Origin: Ramazzottius varieornatus
Taxonomy: Eukaryota; Animalia; Tardigrada
NCBI GenBank assembly: GCA_001949185.1
Contig: BDGG01000004.1
Span: 335,620 to 399,619 of the forward strand
DNA: 64,000 nucleotides
Direction of reading: 5' to 3'
This document shows, piece by piece, positions 24,571 to 37,200 of the stretch. Both the position numbers and the translations under genes were made by a program. The notes beneath the pieces were generated by a model. That model saw only the letters and a list, made by a program, of their open reading frames with translations. It did not search any database and was not told the DNA's origin. How positions within the stretch are numbered: position 1 is the stretch's first letter; the number at the start of each line of letters is the position of its first letter.

Positions 24571-25952
24571 GAATCTTGCTGACATATTCCAACGGAGCTT
24601 TCGAAAGATGACCACAGTACGACAAGTTCCTGATGACTGTGTTTCTGCTTAACTATCTGGATGGACTTTCCCTGGACTGAAACACAACCTTTACAGATCC
24701 ACCACAGGTTCTCCGTAAACTCCGATTTTTATATGGGGCATGTCCTCCCCACCGGAAGTCACATCAGTGGAATGTTCAAAGCTGCTTCTTGCTGTAACCT
24801 ATCGAGTCATGGCTCACTCGATAGAGATTAACAAGTCGTAGGAGCACTATGGAGGTAGGAGCGAAAAACCAGGAACTCGAAGTTTCTGGCGTCGAGGTTC
24901 GAGGTGGTAGGAGGTTGGCTGAACATTCACCGATCCTTCACCGCTGATGTACGTTTCTCCCGAATTTCGGGGGGCTCAAACGTAACCGTCGTTTGCTTCC
25001 TCCAAGGGACAGTGCTGGTTCTGAGTTCCGGTATCCCCCTTGTTTTTTTCGCGAGAGCTTTGAACGGGATTCAATTGCTGTATCATTGACATGCTCATCG
25101 TAAACTTTTTTGTTTACGTAGTTTACTTGTTTATCACTGCGTGGGACCTAACCATTACCGACGAAAACACAAAAAAACACAACAGCGGTTAGATTGTGCC
25201 CTCTGATCTGGTCAATCGCATTTGCTTTTGCCATACTTTACACCTTTTTTACTTATCTCATATAATTATTGGGTCGTTATAAACTCTCGCGCAACTGCAT
25301 TGCCTTGCGTAGTATCGTTCATCCAGGCTTCGTCCTACCTGTCACCGTTTCGCCCAGTCATTCAATCAAACTCTTACAGTCTCGTAGCCCTCAACCTATA
25401 TTAGAAATTCAACAAAGGTTTTTTGCGGTTAACTGTGGAGCGACTTCCTTCTCCTTCTTCGAGTTTCCTTCTCATATTTCCCCTCGTACGCACTCGATGT
25501 GAACGTTCGAGTTAGCTTTTCTTGACCATGGCCATCGATGACGAAGTCTTCTCTCGATTCATTCTTCATTCTACGAGCTCCTCGCATTTTCTCGCATTCG
25601 TGCTCGTACACTGTGTCATTCTTGCTCTTACTCTTACTCGCTCTTGCCAGTCGATTGTCTTGCTCTTACCAGTCGATTGTCCTTAATTGTTGGATTTTCG
25701 CTCACCCATGTGTTTCCTCACGTTTATCATGCGTTCGAACGCATGACCATCATTCATTTAAATGCCCTGGACATCGCGTTTTAACACTTACAGCACTAAG
25801 CTTTTCGTGCTTGCAAAATACGATCGTTCTCTTGGTGAGTACACGAATTTGATTGGCTGAAAGCAGGGGTGGGACTTGAAACATCCAGTAGCACACATCC
25901 CGTATCAAGTGGCGCGTGTTACCATTGCTTCAACATGTGAAAAGTTCTAAAC

Positions 25953-27885
25953 TTAGCGAATCACATCTTTCAAAGTTTGTTTCAGTAAATTCTGCGTCTT
26001 CGCGCATACGACACAGAACACCGTTTGAATAGAACTTCTGTGGTCAGAACAAACAGCAACCTTACAGAAGCTACAGTTGATCCTGCTTCTTTTTTGAGTG
26101 GTATGGTGGCAGAATCTGCAGCGTTGTTGTGCCTTGGTTCCGCTTGCAACGGAAGGATTGCTTTCTGCCTTACCGTCTGACAGAATATTCAGGGAAATCT
26201 TTATCAGCAACTTTACATCTGATGGAATACTGGCGGAGGTGAAGCGGCGGCGTAAGTGGCTTTCCATGAGGTTCCTGCTAAGTTCGTGTAGGTACTTCCG
26301 ACGTCGGATCAGAGATTTAGCATGCCAGTCCGGGTTCAGTTCAGTCCATATAACGTACGAATTCAACGCGGAGATGTCGACGATATCGTAAAATAGCGCC
26401 ATTGGCCATCTACAGGTTTTCCGACGAACACTGTAGTTTCCAGTCAGCTGATCCAGAGTGTCCACTCCGGCTTTCGTACGATTGCAGTGCGTAACGATCT
26501 CAGGTTTCCCTTCTGGGCTTTCCTCATCAACTTCTCTAAAAAATAAATCGTGACGTCACCAAAGAGAAACGGCTGTGTAGCGGTCATACTGATTCACAAC
26601 GCATTCGTCGTGAAATCATGAGCAACAGCTGCACCAAGCGTAGTTTGGTCCTGTTGCGCACTACGTCACAGGTCTAACATGGGCACTCGTCTTTACGGCT
26701 TGCAAATACGTCATTCGTCACTTACTGGGAAAAATGCATGGAACTCAACAGCACTACAGCTTTCCTCTTCTTCGGAACGTAAGACACCAGAGTGAAATCG
26801 GGCTTGTGGCCGAAGTAGGAGGAAAATGCAGCGCGGCTCTTGCTTGGCAGGAAGGCGGAAGGAATTTCTTTACGGTTCTTACGCATTGTTCCCACGAGAG
26901 AAATTTTTTTCTTGAGAAGAGCTTCTCCCAACGTCAAGGAAGTGAAGAAATTGTCTGTGGTCACGTTTCTTCCCGACTGGTTTCCCAGATATTCCACCAG
27001 ATCAAGAACCACTCGCTGTCCTTGATTCTTCTCAGCCGCTCCACCAGGAGCCTCTCCGGTGTAAAGCTGGATTTTGCAGCAGTAGGAAGTCCTACAGCAA
27101 CAAAGGAGAAAAAGTTTCAGGCCGTACTTGCTTCTTGGTTTTGTCGGAATATATTGCTTGAAGCCGCACCGTCCTTTGAAAGGAAAGAATTGTTCGTCCA
27201 CGCACAGAAATTCGTAGGGAAGGTAGTTCTCGCGAAGCGCTTTACTCCACAAGTCAAACAACTCCTGGACGTGGGCCATCTTGTTAGTCGCTACCCGGGC
27301 TTCTCGAGAAGGTTTGTCATCAAATCGCAGGCTGCAAGTAATCTGGGTGAAGCGCTTCCGAGACATACAGGCGCGATAAACTCCTTTTCCTTCGCTTTTA
27401 CTCCACAGTTCACACACTGGTACAGTACCGTCATTCATTATTCCCTGTAGAAGTAGAATTCCCAAGTAAGCATCTAGCACCACAGGATCCAGTTTGACCC
27501 AGCCATCACCGTACTACGTTTTCCCCTCTTCATTTGTGAACCGGATGATCAGATCTTTCACTTGTGGCGTGAAGAAAATGTTGAACGTGTCCATGAGCGT
27601 CACGACTCGCGATCTCGCGCTGGGAGTAACGCCAGGCTGACCGGTCATCTTATTGACAGTTCGAGTTTGACCACTGTCTAGAGGAAAGCGTTCCCGCTTC
27701 ATGTCGAGATTTCGGGCAAGGAACGGGCTCACGTCGTTCAGTTGGTAAAAGACGCCATCGTCGTCGTCACTCAGCGTATCAGACTGCTCAGTTTCCACTT
27801 CTACCCCGTCAGGTTCGGCAATGGTTTGCGCGCTGTCTTCCTCTCCATCGCTGTCGCTTCCACTCGTCTCATCATCCAGGTCCAT
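25953..27885 (-). mobile_element. piggyBac transposase (PGBD) with one intron (26536-26725) and one premature TAG (27514-27516)
   Basis: 'LCVDEQFFPFKGRCGFKQYIP.KP..KYGLK', 'TTDNFFTS', 'VGTMRKNR', 'GVDTLDQ', 'RWPMALF', and a C-terminal Cys-rich domain. TIRs/TTAA not identified. Confidence 0.92.
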
Positions 27886-29254
27886 TCCTTAGAACACTTT
27901 TCCGACACGAACTACAAATAATACGGTGGAGTATTCAAATGAATGGCTGCGGCACAGCTTATTCGCGATACAGTGAAGCTCGTATTCACGTACGTTCGCA
28001 CGTTTGATTGTTTATTGGACTGCACTGTGTACTATACTCGTAAGCAACACCCTGGTTACAAACCAATCAAGATCAAAACAGGTTAGAAATCTGTACGCAC
28101 AGAAGCAATGTTTTGACCAATCAACAATCAATTGAAGGAGATAGAACAGCTAGTGACCGGAAGTGCGCTATTCCATCGAGCCGACTGCACGTAGCGAGAC
28201 GAGGGGCTTCCCCTTGCCGAATCCTCCGCTGTCCAAAAGAGAGCGGAGGAGCTACAAAGAGCTCAAGACCTCAACACTGAAAGGATTCGAGTACTCGCTT
28301 CCATCATAGAGCCCCAACCTTCAACTTCACAAGCTGCAACCCAGCGTCATTCCCTTTTCCAATGTCTACGGCGGCGTCAAAGGCATTAGTAGCTTCTAAT
28401 GGTCGTTCGAGTTTTTTGGTGATGACGTCGGACTGTGCCATAAGGGACTCAATATGACGGGGATCATTGGTGGGAGAATGAGAGCGTCTGCGTTTGCAGA
28501 AAGAAATTGAGAAATTTCCACCTCGTCTTCCGAAACGGTCTCGTACCGGTGTGAATTGAGCTTGTGAGGTAGCGGTTCCCGTGATGCTACGGCGTATTCA
28601 GCATGATCTTTCAATAGAAACCGGAGAACTGCATATCCTAAGGGTGCTTGAAGCCATGAACCTCATCTGGCCGTATCCAGATGGTTAGCTGGTATGGATC
28701 ACCAAGACGTTAAATCGTTTCAAATATACTGTCCTTCGAGTTATATACGATTCCGACTGGCAATTTGTCAGCTGACGATTATCCAGAGTGTAAGCCTTTC
28801 CCCAGTGATTGGTAATGGCTTGACAACCTTTCGGAAACCAGAAGGTAATCCAGTTCATGTTGATTTCAGCATCGCGACACCATTTATTTTGGCGACCAGT
28901 CCTGAAAAGATAGGCTAGTCCATGCTAGTCCATCGCTTCAGCCCCGATTTTGTTTTGTGTATCTCGGCAAAATGGACGGTAAAGTTACGACAGTTTCTTG
29001 TTCCGACTTTTGATTTAGTGCTTGCTATATAACCACTATTAATATTGTTTCCGAATTCTTCGACGACTGTTTTTGTGGTTGTCTCATACTCTCGATACAT
29101 ACTTCAAGTTTTACAATTGTACATAATCATCAGGGGTCGTTTGATGTTGCAGAAGTCGGTACTCCATGTCGATGTGAATCTTAGATCCGCAGCTCGAAAT
29201 CCGCAATACGTTTTCCCATTACTTGGCTTGACGAACAAGGAAGTAACATCGAGG

Positions 29255-29321
29255 TCGGTGTTGCATGGAACCCTTTTTTCGGTGTTGCATGGAACCCTCT
29301 TTCGCATGGAACCCTCTTTTC
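29255..29321. repeat. 24-bp tandem repeat (~2.7 copies)
   Basis: tcggtgttgcatggaacccttttt tcggtgttgcatggaaccctcttt cgcatggaaccctctttt. Confidence 0.8.
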
Positions 29322-29763
29322 TGGTAGCCGGTATCTACCATCGGTCTTTCCAGCTCCATGCGTATGGACGGCTCAGACCTCCCGGCTAACTTGAACGCTG
29401 GGATCACCTCGTTTGCCTACGAAAACAATGTGCATTCTACCAAACATAGTCTGCAGGCTGAATGATCAAGTTGAACAAGATGTTGGCATTGGTACCCCTT
29501 ACCATCAAGAGTCCAAACACGATCAGTATCTCCATGACGCAGGCTAAGGCACTGTCAGCAGGGATATCCTGGGTCGAGTTCAAATGTTACGATACGAAAG
29601 GACTAACGAGATCAAGAGTGTACAACACTACAAGAAAGCTGCAGATTTACCCTTGCTTACCGGAATTTTTTCGGCAGGTGACAGATCACCGATAAGACCG
29701 AACGTGCAAAATTTATCTTGTCGGGCCTCTATCTATAGATCAGCCCTGCTTGACAAGACCAAG

Positions 29764-29973
29764 GTTCCAACGAGTGACGAGAAGACGTTCATGGGTTACG
29801 GACCCGTTATTCCCGGTGGTTATGGATGTTCCTACAATCTCCACGAGAAACAGATTCTGTTTTGCATCTCCAGTTGGAGAAGCTGCACAAAGACCAGTAC
29901 AAAACTGTTTTCCGGAAATCTCGATGAAGGCCTCTTAGAGATGCAAGAACTCCTACAAAATACTTCCTCATGA
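29764..29973 (+). pseudogene. ChAT: Isolated terminal exon of choline/carnitine O-acyltransferase, most like choline acetyltransferase
   Basis: 'VPTSDEKTFMGYGPVIPGGYGCSYNLHEKQILFCISSWRSCTKTSTKLFSGNLDEGLLEMQELL' matches the ChAT C-terminus (FMGYGPV..GYGCSYN...I.FC.S). No upstream exons recognised in the window. Confidence 0.7.
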
Positions 29974-30390
29974 ATCAGCTTATGCTTTCCCTTGTAGCGT
30001 CTCCTATGTTTCAGACAAAAAAGTGCAAGTTTCGTCTAGAGTTTTAGTTTACGTTGTTTGTCCCGTATATAGATTGCTTTATTGAAAGAATTTATTTTGG
30101 TCGTTTTGGCGTTAAAGAAAACTCTCCACCGCGCAATGTTTGGCTGTTTTTTTTATCTTGCTTGAGATGCTTTCGCCTGCTCTGCCCTCAGATGCCGCTT
30201 TGCAATAACTATACTGAAGATCCTGTCCCTGTGCTAAGTTATCGTCAAACAAAACGTAGCATGGTCCTTTCAGAGAAACCTCTCAAAGTTTTAAATTAAA
30301 GTGGTTCATGTACAACGGTTTTCCAATGCTCGTACGTGTATCAATAGTACGATATAGCCGTCCGGTGCACAGCATTCCATAGACTTTATA

Positions 30391-30559
30391 CAGTGTAGCA
30401 AGAAATTAACCGTCGAAAATGGGTGTTAGAAGGAGCCAGATGGAAACGGCCAATGAAATTTGCGCATGCGGCGAACTAAGACCGTTATTGATCACAAAAT
30501 GATTAAGTTCCCGTTTGATTGTCACGCCAATTATCGACGGTTAACTTTTTGGTGCACTG
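30391..30559. mobile_element. Tc1-like MITE
   Basis: TA|CAGTGTAGCAAGAAATTAACCGTCGA ... TCGACGGTTAACTTTTTGGTGCACTG|TA. Confidence 0.75.
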
Positions 30560-30709
30560 TAGTAGAGATTGCATGTACGTGGTCCGTATCCCAAGAAAAA
30601 AAGTCGTAGATTCGGAGTGCACCGCACTAGGGGATCCTGTGTGTTAGTAGCAATATGTACAGTGAGTCAACTAAACTGCACCTGTGCGCGCATCACGTGT
30701 GCATTGCGA

Positions 30710-30915
30710 CTTGACCGATCAATCAATCGATCAATAAGAAAACGTGTTTGATTGCTTGATTGATGCAGTCGGTGTTGAGATTTCTCTTCGAATGATTGGT
30801 CGATTTTTTTTATCGTTCGAGCCATTTTGGTACGGTTGATTATTTGACTGACTTTCATTGATTTTTGATGATCCTGTTCACCCGGATTGATGATCCAATC
30901 CATCCGGATTGAAGA
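30710..30915. repeat. Degenerate (GATT/AATC)n low-complexity tract
   Basis: gatcaatcaatcgatcaat...ttgattgcttgattgatg... Confidence 0.55.
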
Positions 30916-32160
30916 TCGATACGACCGACTTAGTTCGGTCTTTCGTCGAAAGATCGGGCCAGATCGGCGGCCGGCTGACAGGCTGTCATGTCACATGGAG
31001 GTCAAACATGACAGTTTGACGGTCGACTACGCAATGTTTTGTTTTTCTGCCTTCGCAGCTGTCTAATTCTCTTATTTAGCCCTGTCGTCCGCTCAACTTT
31101 TCCCACACTCAAACTCCTCCTGCCACCACCTCCCGATCTCACTCCGTTCAGCTGCCTGTTGGCAGAATTATGGTGTTCATCTTCACAGAATAATCGATTT
31201 GGAATATTTCAACAGAATGAATCATCAGCGCTTTCACTAAAGTAAGCCCCTTGTCATGAAGCTGATTTCTGAAGCTGTGCAAGACAATTTTGCCATGCTT
31301 TGAAACTTAAGAAGACGATAGGTGACTATTTCAGTACTTGTGGCTCGAACTCTGGGGCTTCTAGGAAGACGTGTGCTGATCTCCACAAGCTAAAGACGGA
31401 ACAAAAACAAGCATGTTCTTGCTGTGCTGCGCGAAGCATGCAGTCACGCCGTCGGAACTGAATGGCCGGTTGCGGCAATACTTGCCCGAACTTCGTCAAG
31501 GTTATTTTGCCGTCCTACATAATGCTTGTGGAGCCTATGGATTGAGGCTGAGCTGATTAGACTGAATGATGAGCTGGTAAACACAATGAACGGATGGGAA
31601 CACCAGAATGAGCAAGACAAGATTTTACTGAAGCTGAGCATATTCACGAGAGAGATCAGACACCAAGCTAGTGCAAGGAACATTAAAGTTAGATCCGAAG
31701 AGAACATGAAGACGATGGGCAAGTCAAGCTGGACTTGAGATCTTGAGAAGGGTTGACAGGGAAGCTGCCCAAGTCCACAGTACAAATACGTTATCATCAG
31801 CCTAACAGCTACCCGGATTTCCACGTTGCTGCCGACATTCTGCAGCGCTGGCGAAGCGGGCAAAAGGTACATGTGACACACACGTGTGCAGTAATTTTGC
31901 ATCAGACCAAGTACTGTAGTGCTACCAAATTATCGCGCACTCAATCACGTGAACAGTAAATGATGCCCCGGGGAAAGTCACATAGACGACAGTGAGTCAT
32001 CTGAACGTACAGGGCAACGATGACTCATCACGTGGTTGAGTGCCCGATAATTCGGTAGCACTATAGTAACTAAACCGAAAAGCTGATCATAACATACAAT
32101 GCAACCAATCAAGTCGAGGGATATTGTCAGTTGTTCGCCCAAATTTGGCATTCCGGAGTT

Positions 32161-33475
32161 TTAACAAAAGTAGGTTCTGGCTGCGTGCCGAAACGTTTTG
32201 ATCGACACGAGGAACATGATGGGGTCCAGCACGCTGGTCAGTGAGTACAGCACGGTCACGACCCGAACCATCGGAGAACCAAAACTGCTCAGCCCGAAAG
32301 TTAACAGAGTATGGAACACTTGCGTCGGTAGCTGAAGGACAGCAACGTTCAGGACCAGGAGGGACAATGTGAAAAACTGTTGTCCGATTCGGGCCGCCCG
32401 CTTTTGGCGCTGACTTGGTTCAGCCAGCTGGCCATGGTCCACCGGGCGCTTTGCTTGTGCTGGTGCTGTAGTCGTCTCGTCGCCAGTTCGCAGGGTTGGT
32501 GGCTGCGGTCCTACGTTGGCTGGTCGAACTTTTAGGTCCTTCCAAGTTCTGTAACATATGTACGGATAGATTAGAAGTGTGATCAAAATTGGGATATCGT
32601 TGACCACCAGCTGAGTAGTCCGTTGCCAGTACAGTGGATTCACCGATCCAGGAAAGCAGCGGATGGCTTCTGCGACCGTATGAGGTCTCCAGACGTCAAA
32701 GACGATACCTATTAATATAAATATCTGACTGTTGACACGTATACATGTTGAATCAAACTTAATTTCGAAATTTGCACAGACCAGTATTGCAATAATATAA
32801 TGTGCCATATGGGCACTGTACGCCAGGATCGGCCGAAAGATATTACGAAGGAAATCGATTAGCAACTAATTCGCTTGCTGCACTCGGTGAGATTTCGAAC
32901 GGGACGTTCATTTCCTTTATCAGTGCGTAGCACGCGAAATAGAAGGTCGAATTCACTTGTGTACCTGGAATGCCGCTGACGAGTATGACCCATATCCAGA
33001 GGATCAAGCAGACCAAAGCCGGGCGAAGTACAGAGTGAAGTTGGTGGTAGTTGCGGTACGTAACCGGGGAAGTGATGGCCCAGAGTCGGTTCATGGCGAT
33101 CAGGAAGTGACTTTGGACAATGAGAGCTCCGAAGGTACGAGAGAGGGTTCGCTGCAAGACACAGAACTCTTTGGCTTTATAGACGGACGGTGTCCATTCG
33201 TTGAACAAGGTAATTGGGAAGTGTTGCAGGACGTAGCCAATGTTGACTACACACAGATTGGTGATGTAGACGTTGAAAGCCGTCTGGACATTCTTGTCCC
33301 TGATAAAAAGGCCTACTAGAAAAGAGTTCATAAATAGGGCTGCAATCTCAGCGATGATGTTTACGATGACGAGCGACGTCCAGCGAGACGTTAGAGTCGA
33401 CTCCAAGGAACCCTGCGCACGCGCTGACGTGTTGTTGAGAGTGGAAAGAATCGAATAGTTCGCAGATAGATTCAT
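32161..33475 (-). CDS. Class A GPCR of the local family, two exons (33475-32965, 32708-32161)
   Basis: A GT-AG intron at 32709-32964 joins 'VSGIPG|IVFDVWRP', matching intronless paralogs. 'SHFLIAMNRLW' and 'VLDPIMF' present. Confidence 0.85.
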
Positions 33476-34208
33476 TGTATACCGTGAATATTTTACGTAA
33501 ATGTGTCGATCTTATATGGACTGGAAATTTGCAGGGTCATAGGGCGCATTTCTTTTCTTGCATCAGTCGACGCTGGCACCTTTCGTGGTGTACTCGGACT
33601 CATGAGACTGGGAATGCAAAGTTGGGACTGTTGTCAGCCTGAGTTCCAGCTGTGGAACTACATTCCTGCATCCTCTTCAACTAAGATTCGAAACAGCGTG
33701 ATCCCACTTGTGCTGCAAAGAAAACTCCCCGACTGCTGTCGCTTTTGGGAAGAGGTTTCGAGAAGATGGCACGAGCCGATGTGAAAAGACCCGGATCTTC
33801 GCGGCGCGGTGGATGCTAACTCGTGTCCCTTCAATGTCTTTCCGGGGTTCAGCTCCGTGGAACCGGAAGTCACGCTGGCTGTAACAAGCATTGTCATCCT
33901 GACTGACAGAAACGTGGCGCGAATACAGTACTTAATTTCCAAGAGATTTGTCTTCGGGGAGTTTTATCACCAGATAACTGTAACCGATCCTACGGTAACG
34001 CCGTATCAACCGATACTGCCAAATAACGCAGGTTAATCCGAATACTGTGGGAAATGGAAACACGCGTTATTGATAGTTCGATAAAACAACTTTAACAGAA
34101 GGCGATGTCAAATGTTGTTGATACTGCGAAATTATTACTGGTAGTCACAACAACTAAATTACTGTACTCAACGTCAAGACTGCAAACAATTAATCCTATG
34201 TATAACCA

Positions 34209-37200
34209 TTAAACTGGAAGTCGGCGACGAGGCGGCACATGAGGGGCCAATTCAACGTGAGAAGGAAGGGGCGAAGGCGTGGACGTTATGGAGGCTCCCA
34301 AGTCACTCACTGGACTGTCTGAATCAGCCTACAGTACAGAAGACAAATGTAAGAAAGGTTGACGAATACTGCCACCGAACTTTTATTACTTACCATCTCC
34401 TCCGTTAGACTCGATAGGAATGACCCAACGCGCCCATGCAGTTCGCCCTTCCAGAAGCCATCATCAACGCCACTTGTCACAAACCTGCTTATGATTCGAA
34501 TCACATCACCTTCTCGGAAAGACAAGTCTTCCGGATCGTCTGCGGTGTAGTCGTAAATGGCTCGACAGTAGGCTGCATCTGCAACCACAAATCCCAGTCA
34601 GAAATGAGAGCTCTGCCACAAAAAGCGAGATTGTTTTCCAGGTGGCACACTTCATCAGTATAATTGACTGGAAGCTCGCGCCACTTGGGAAAACGATCTG
34701 GTTCAATTTCCCAAGTGACGCACGTTTTCGGTGTTACTGAGAGCACCGCTTAGAAAAATCATCTTGCCAAGTTTGCCGAGCTTCAAAATACCTTCGACCA
34801 TACTCAAACCCAGAGTTTTCTTTCTTACCGTGGGTGGAATTTTTGTTGGAAGTCGCAACAGAAACGACTGTCGAGTGTTCTTCCTGGTAAACACTGCCAT
34901 ACAAATCAGCCCCGCTTCCGTGGCTGTACGAACTGTAGGTAGTTTCGGTCACGTCTGTGGTTACGTCGTATGTGTACTGGCTGTATATCTTTGGCTGAGT
35001 TGACCACTGTGGTGAGACGGAGTTCGTGGTTGACAGTCGATCGGCTTCGTCCCACGTCGAAGGCACGAACCCATCGGACTGCCATCCATTTTCCGGACTA
35101 CCGCGAGACTCCACTTGCGTACTTCGCTGAGCATGGGAAGTCGTCAGCGAACCTCTGGAAGATCGTCGCCCACAGCGCTGTACGTAGTTGGCCGGAACGT
35201 AACCTTGCTTCCCCAAAGAATTTTCCACCTGGAAAAACATTCAAATGTCAAGCCCGAATTTCTTTTATTGTATTGTATTGCACTTATTCAGCTATCAATA
35301 GTAGACAAACTCCCTTCTTCGCTTTTATATTTTAAATTTTTATTTGTTTCTTCTTTTTTGTTGGTAGTAATTGGAGATGTTACCAGAAGCCATTCGTCGC
35401 CAGCTGCGGTGGAGACCACCGTCATTTCTTCTCCAGCGTTCATGGACAGTTCGTCAGGTCGATCGGCGTTGTATTCATACAGAGCGACGCAGACGCCTTC
35501 TGTACTTCCGGTCTGGTCTTCAGCCAACTTAGTTCCTTCGTAATGACTTGAGCTATGAACGGAGTGGTTGGAGCAGTCGCCACTGACCGATCTATCATCA
35601 CCGTGCCCGTCGGTCTCAGCTTTTCGGTGCTTGATGGGGTTGGGAGGGAGAGTTGAGATGATTTCTGGGCCGTCAGGAGCGAGGAGCTTCGCTTCGACGG
35701 CTTGGCGTGCACTGCCTAGCCAGTTCTCCACGTCGATCTTCCCGCGCCGTAGAGCGTCGAGAATATCCTTAGCTTTCTGTTGGTACGTCGCAGCTCGACG
35801 AAGACTCTCGTTCAGGGCGAAGAGCTTAACGTCCATAGCTTGCCGACCTTCCTCGGTCTGGAATTTACACGTAGCTGAAGTACCCCTTTATTTTTACAAA
35901 ATTAATGGGAGCTGGCCGAACAAGCTCGACAAGAATATCTTTCCCGAGTGGCGCGAGTTTCCAGCTGACCCGGGGGGCCACTTCGAAAACCGACCCGTTC
36001 GAGTATGTCCAAGTGACGCACGTTGTCAGTGTTATCCGCTGAAAGCGAGCGCGACTTAGAAAACGACGGTGTCGAGTTTGTTTGGCGAGTTGCCGAATAT
36101 CCAGATTTTGTTTGGAATACCGGGAACACTCAACGGAAAATCTAAACAAGATTTTCGAATCCGGCATACGAGGACTAGCGAGAAGTTTCTTTGTTACCTC
36201 AAGGCTATTTTCTGCAGCTTGTGATGTCAGCGCTTCCATCTGCTGGAAGAGTTTCTTCTGGGCAGCTTCGCCTTCGACAAAGCGTAGCGCCCATTTTCTG
36301 GCACACCTGTTCATAGCGATGTTAGCATCGTCTTCAGCGGTGATGTGGGTAACAGGATCGCCCGGTACTGGCTCGTACGAGTATGTGATGGCTTCATGAA
36401 AGCACGGCTGGGCAGCGACGAAAGACTGGATGTCAACGTCATCGTTCATCTGAAAAAAGGTAATGGTAAAGCCAAGTAATTGCCTTTGGTGACGGTAAAT
36501 TCAACCAACAGAAATACTGGGCAAGCTTGCCGGAAGTTGGCCTACCTGTTGTGACTTCTGCAATATTCTCTGCAGCGAGTTGTTGATTTCAGGGACGATG
36601 CGGTACTCCGCGTTGAAAACGGCGCTCAGCAATGCGGTAGTCGCATCGTAGCTAAGCCCGTTCACCAGCTGCACAGAAGGAATTCGTCAGACCACAGTTT
36701 TGCGAAACGGAAAATCAGCTTACGTTAATTATGTAAGGCAAATCGAAGGCGTAGTATCGTGAAAGGTGTGCGTTTGCGCCGACGACGGAAAGAATGTACT
36801 CGTTGCGAGCTGCGGTAGCTCTCGGAAGTTCGTTACGGTACGTCTCAACTATCTACAGACGAAACGGAGCTTTCATTTCTGCTGGACCATCTTAGGAAAG
36901 TTTTTGACCGTGAACGATTATTGTTACCTTTTCAGGAATTTTAGGCGGCTTTGATGATTTTCTGCTCCTGAAAAAAGGTTAAAGTTAACTTTGCACAGTT
37001 CAGAGCTTAGAGGAGTATGATAAGTACTTCTCCTCCAGTTTCTGAATTTTCTGCTGCATATCAATGACGGTTCTTTCTGAGTCGACGTATGCCTTCTTCG
37101 ACCGTGTGACCATGTCGACCACAGAGCTGATTTCCCCTTGAATATCCGTCATCACGTCGATACCCTTTCAGATGAAAAAGCCATTGATTATAATATTTGA

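Noticed and set aside
26734-27450. 238-aa plus-strand ORF
   Set aside because: Antisense shadow of the piggyBac transposase.
25140-28400. piggyBac TIRs and TTAA target sites
   Set aside because: Candidate ends (e.g. TTAA-CACTT at ~25781) have no matching inverted partner that I could find.
29255-29321. Short direct repeats as a possible CRISPR array
   Set aside because: No unique spacers, eukaryotic context, no cas genes; a simple tandem duplication.
31300-31960. Coding-like fragments with Cys clusters
   Set aside because: Many stops in all frames and no assignable domain.
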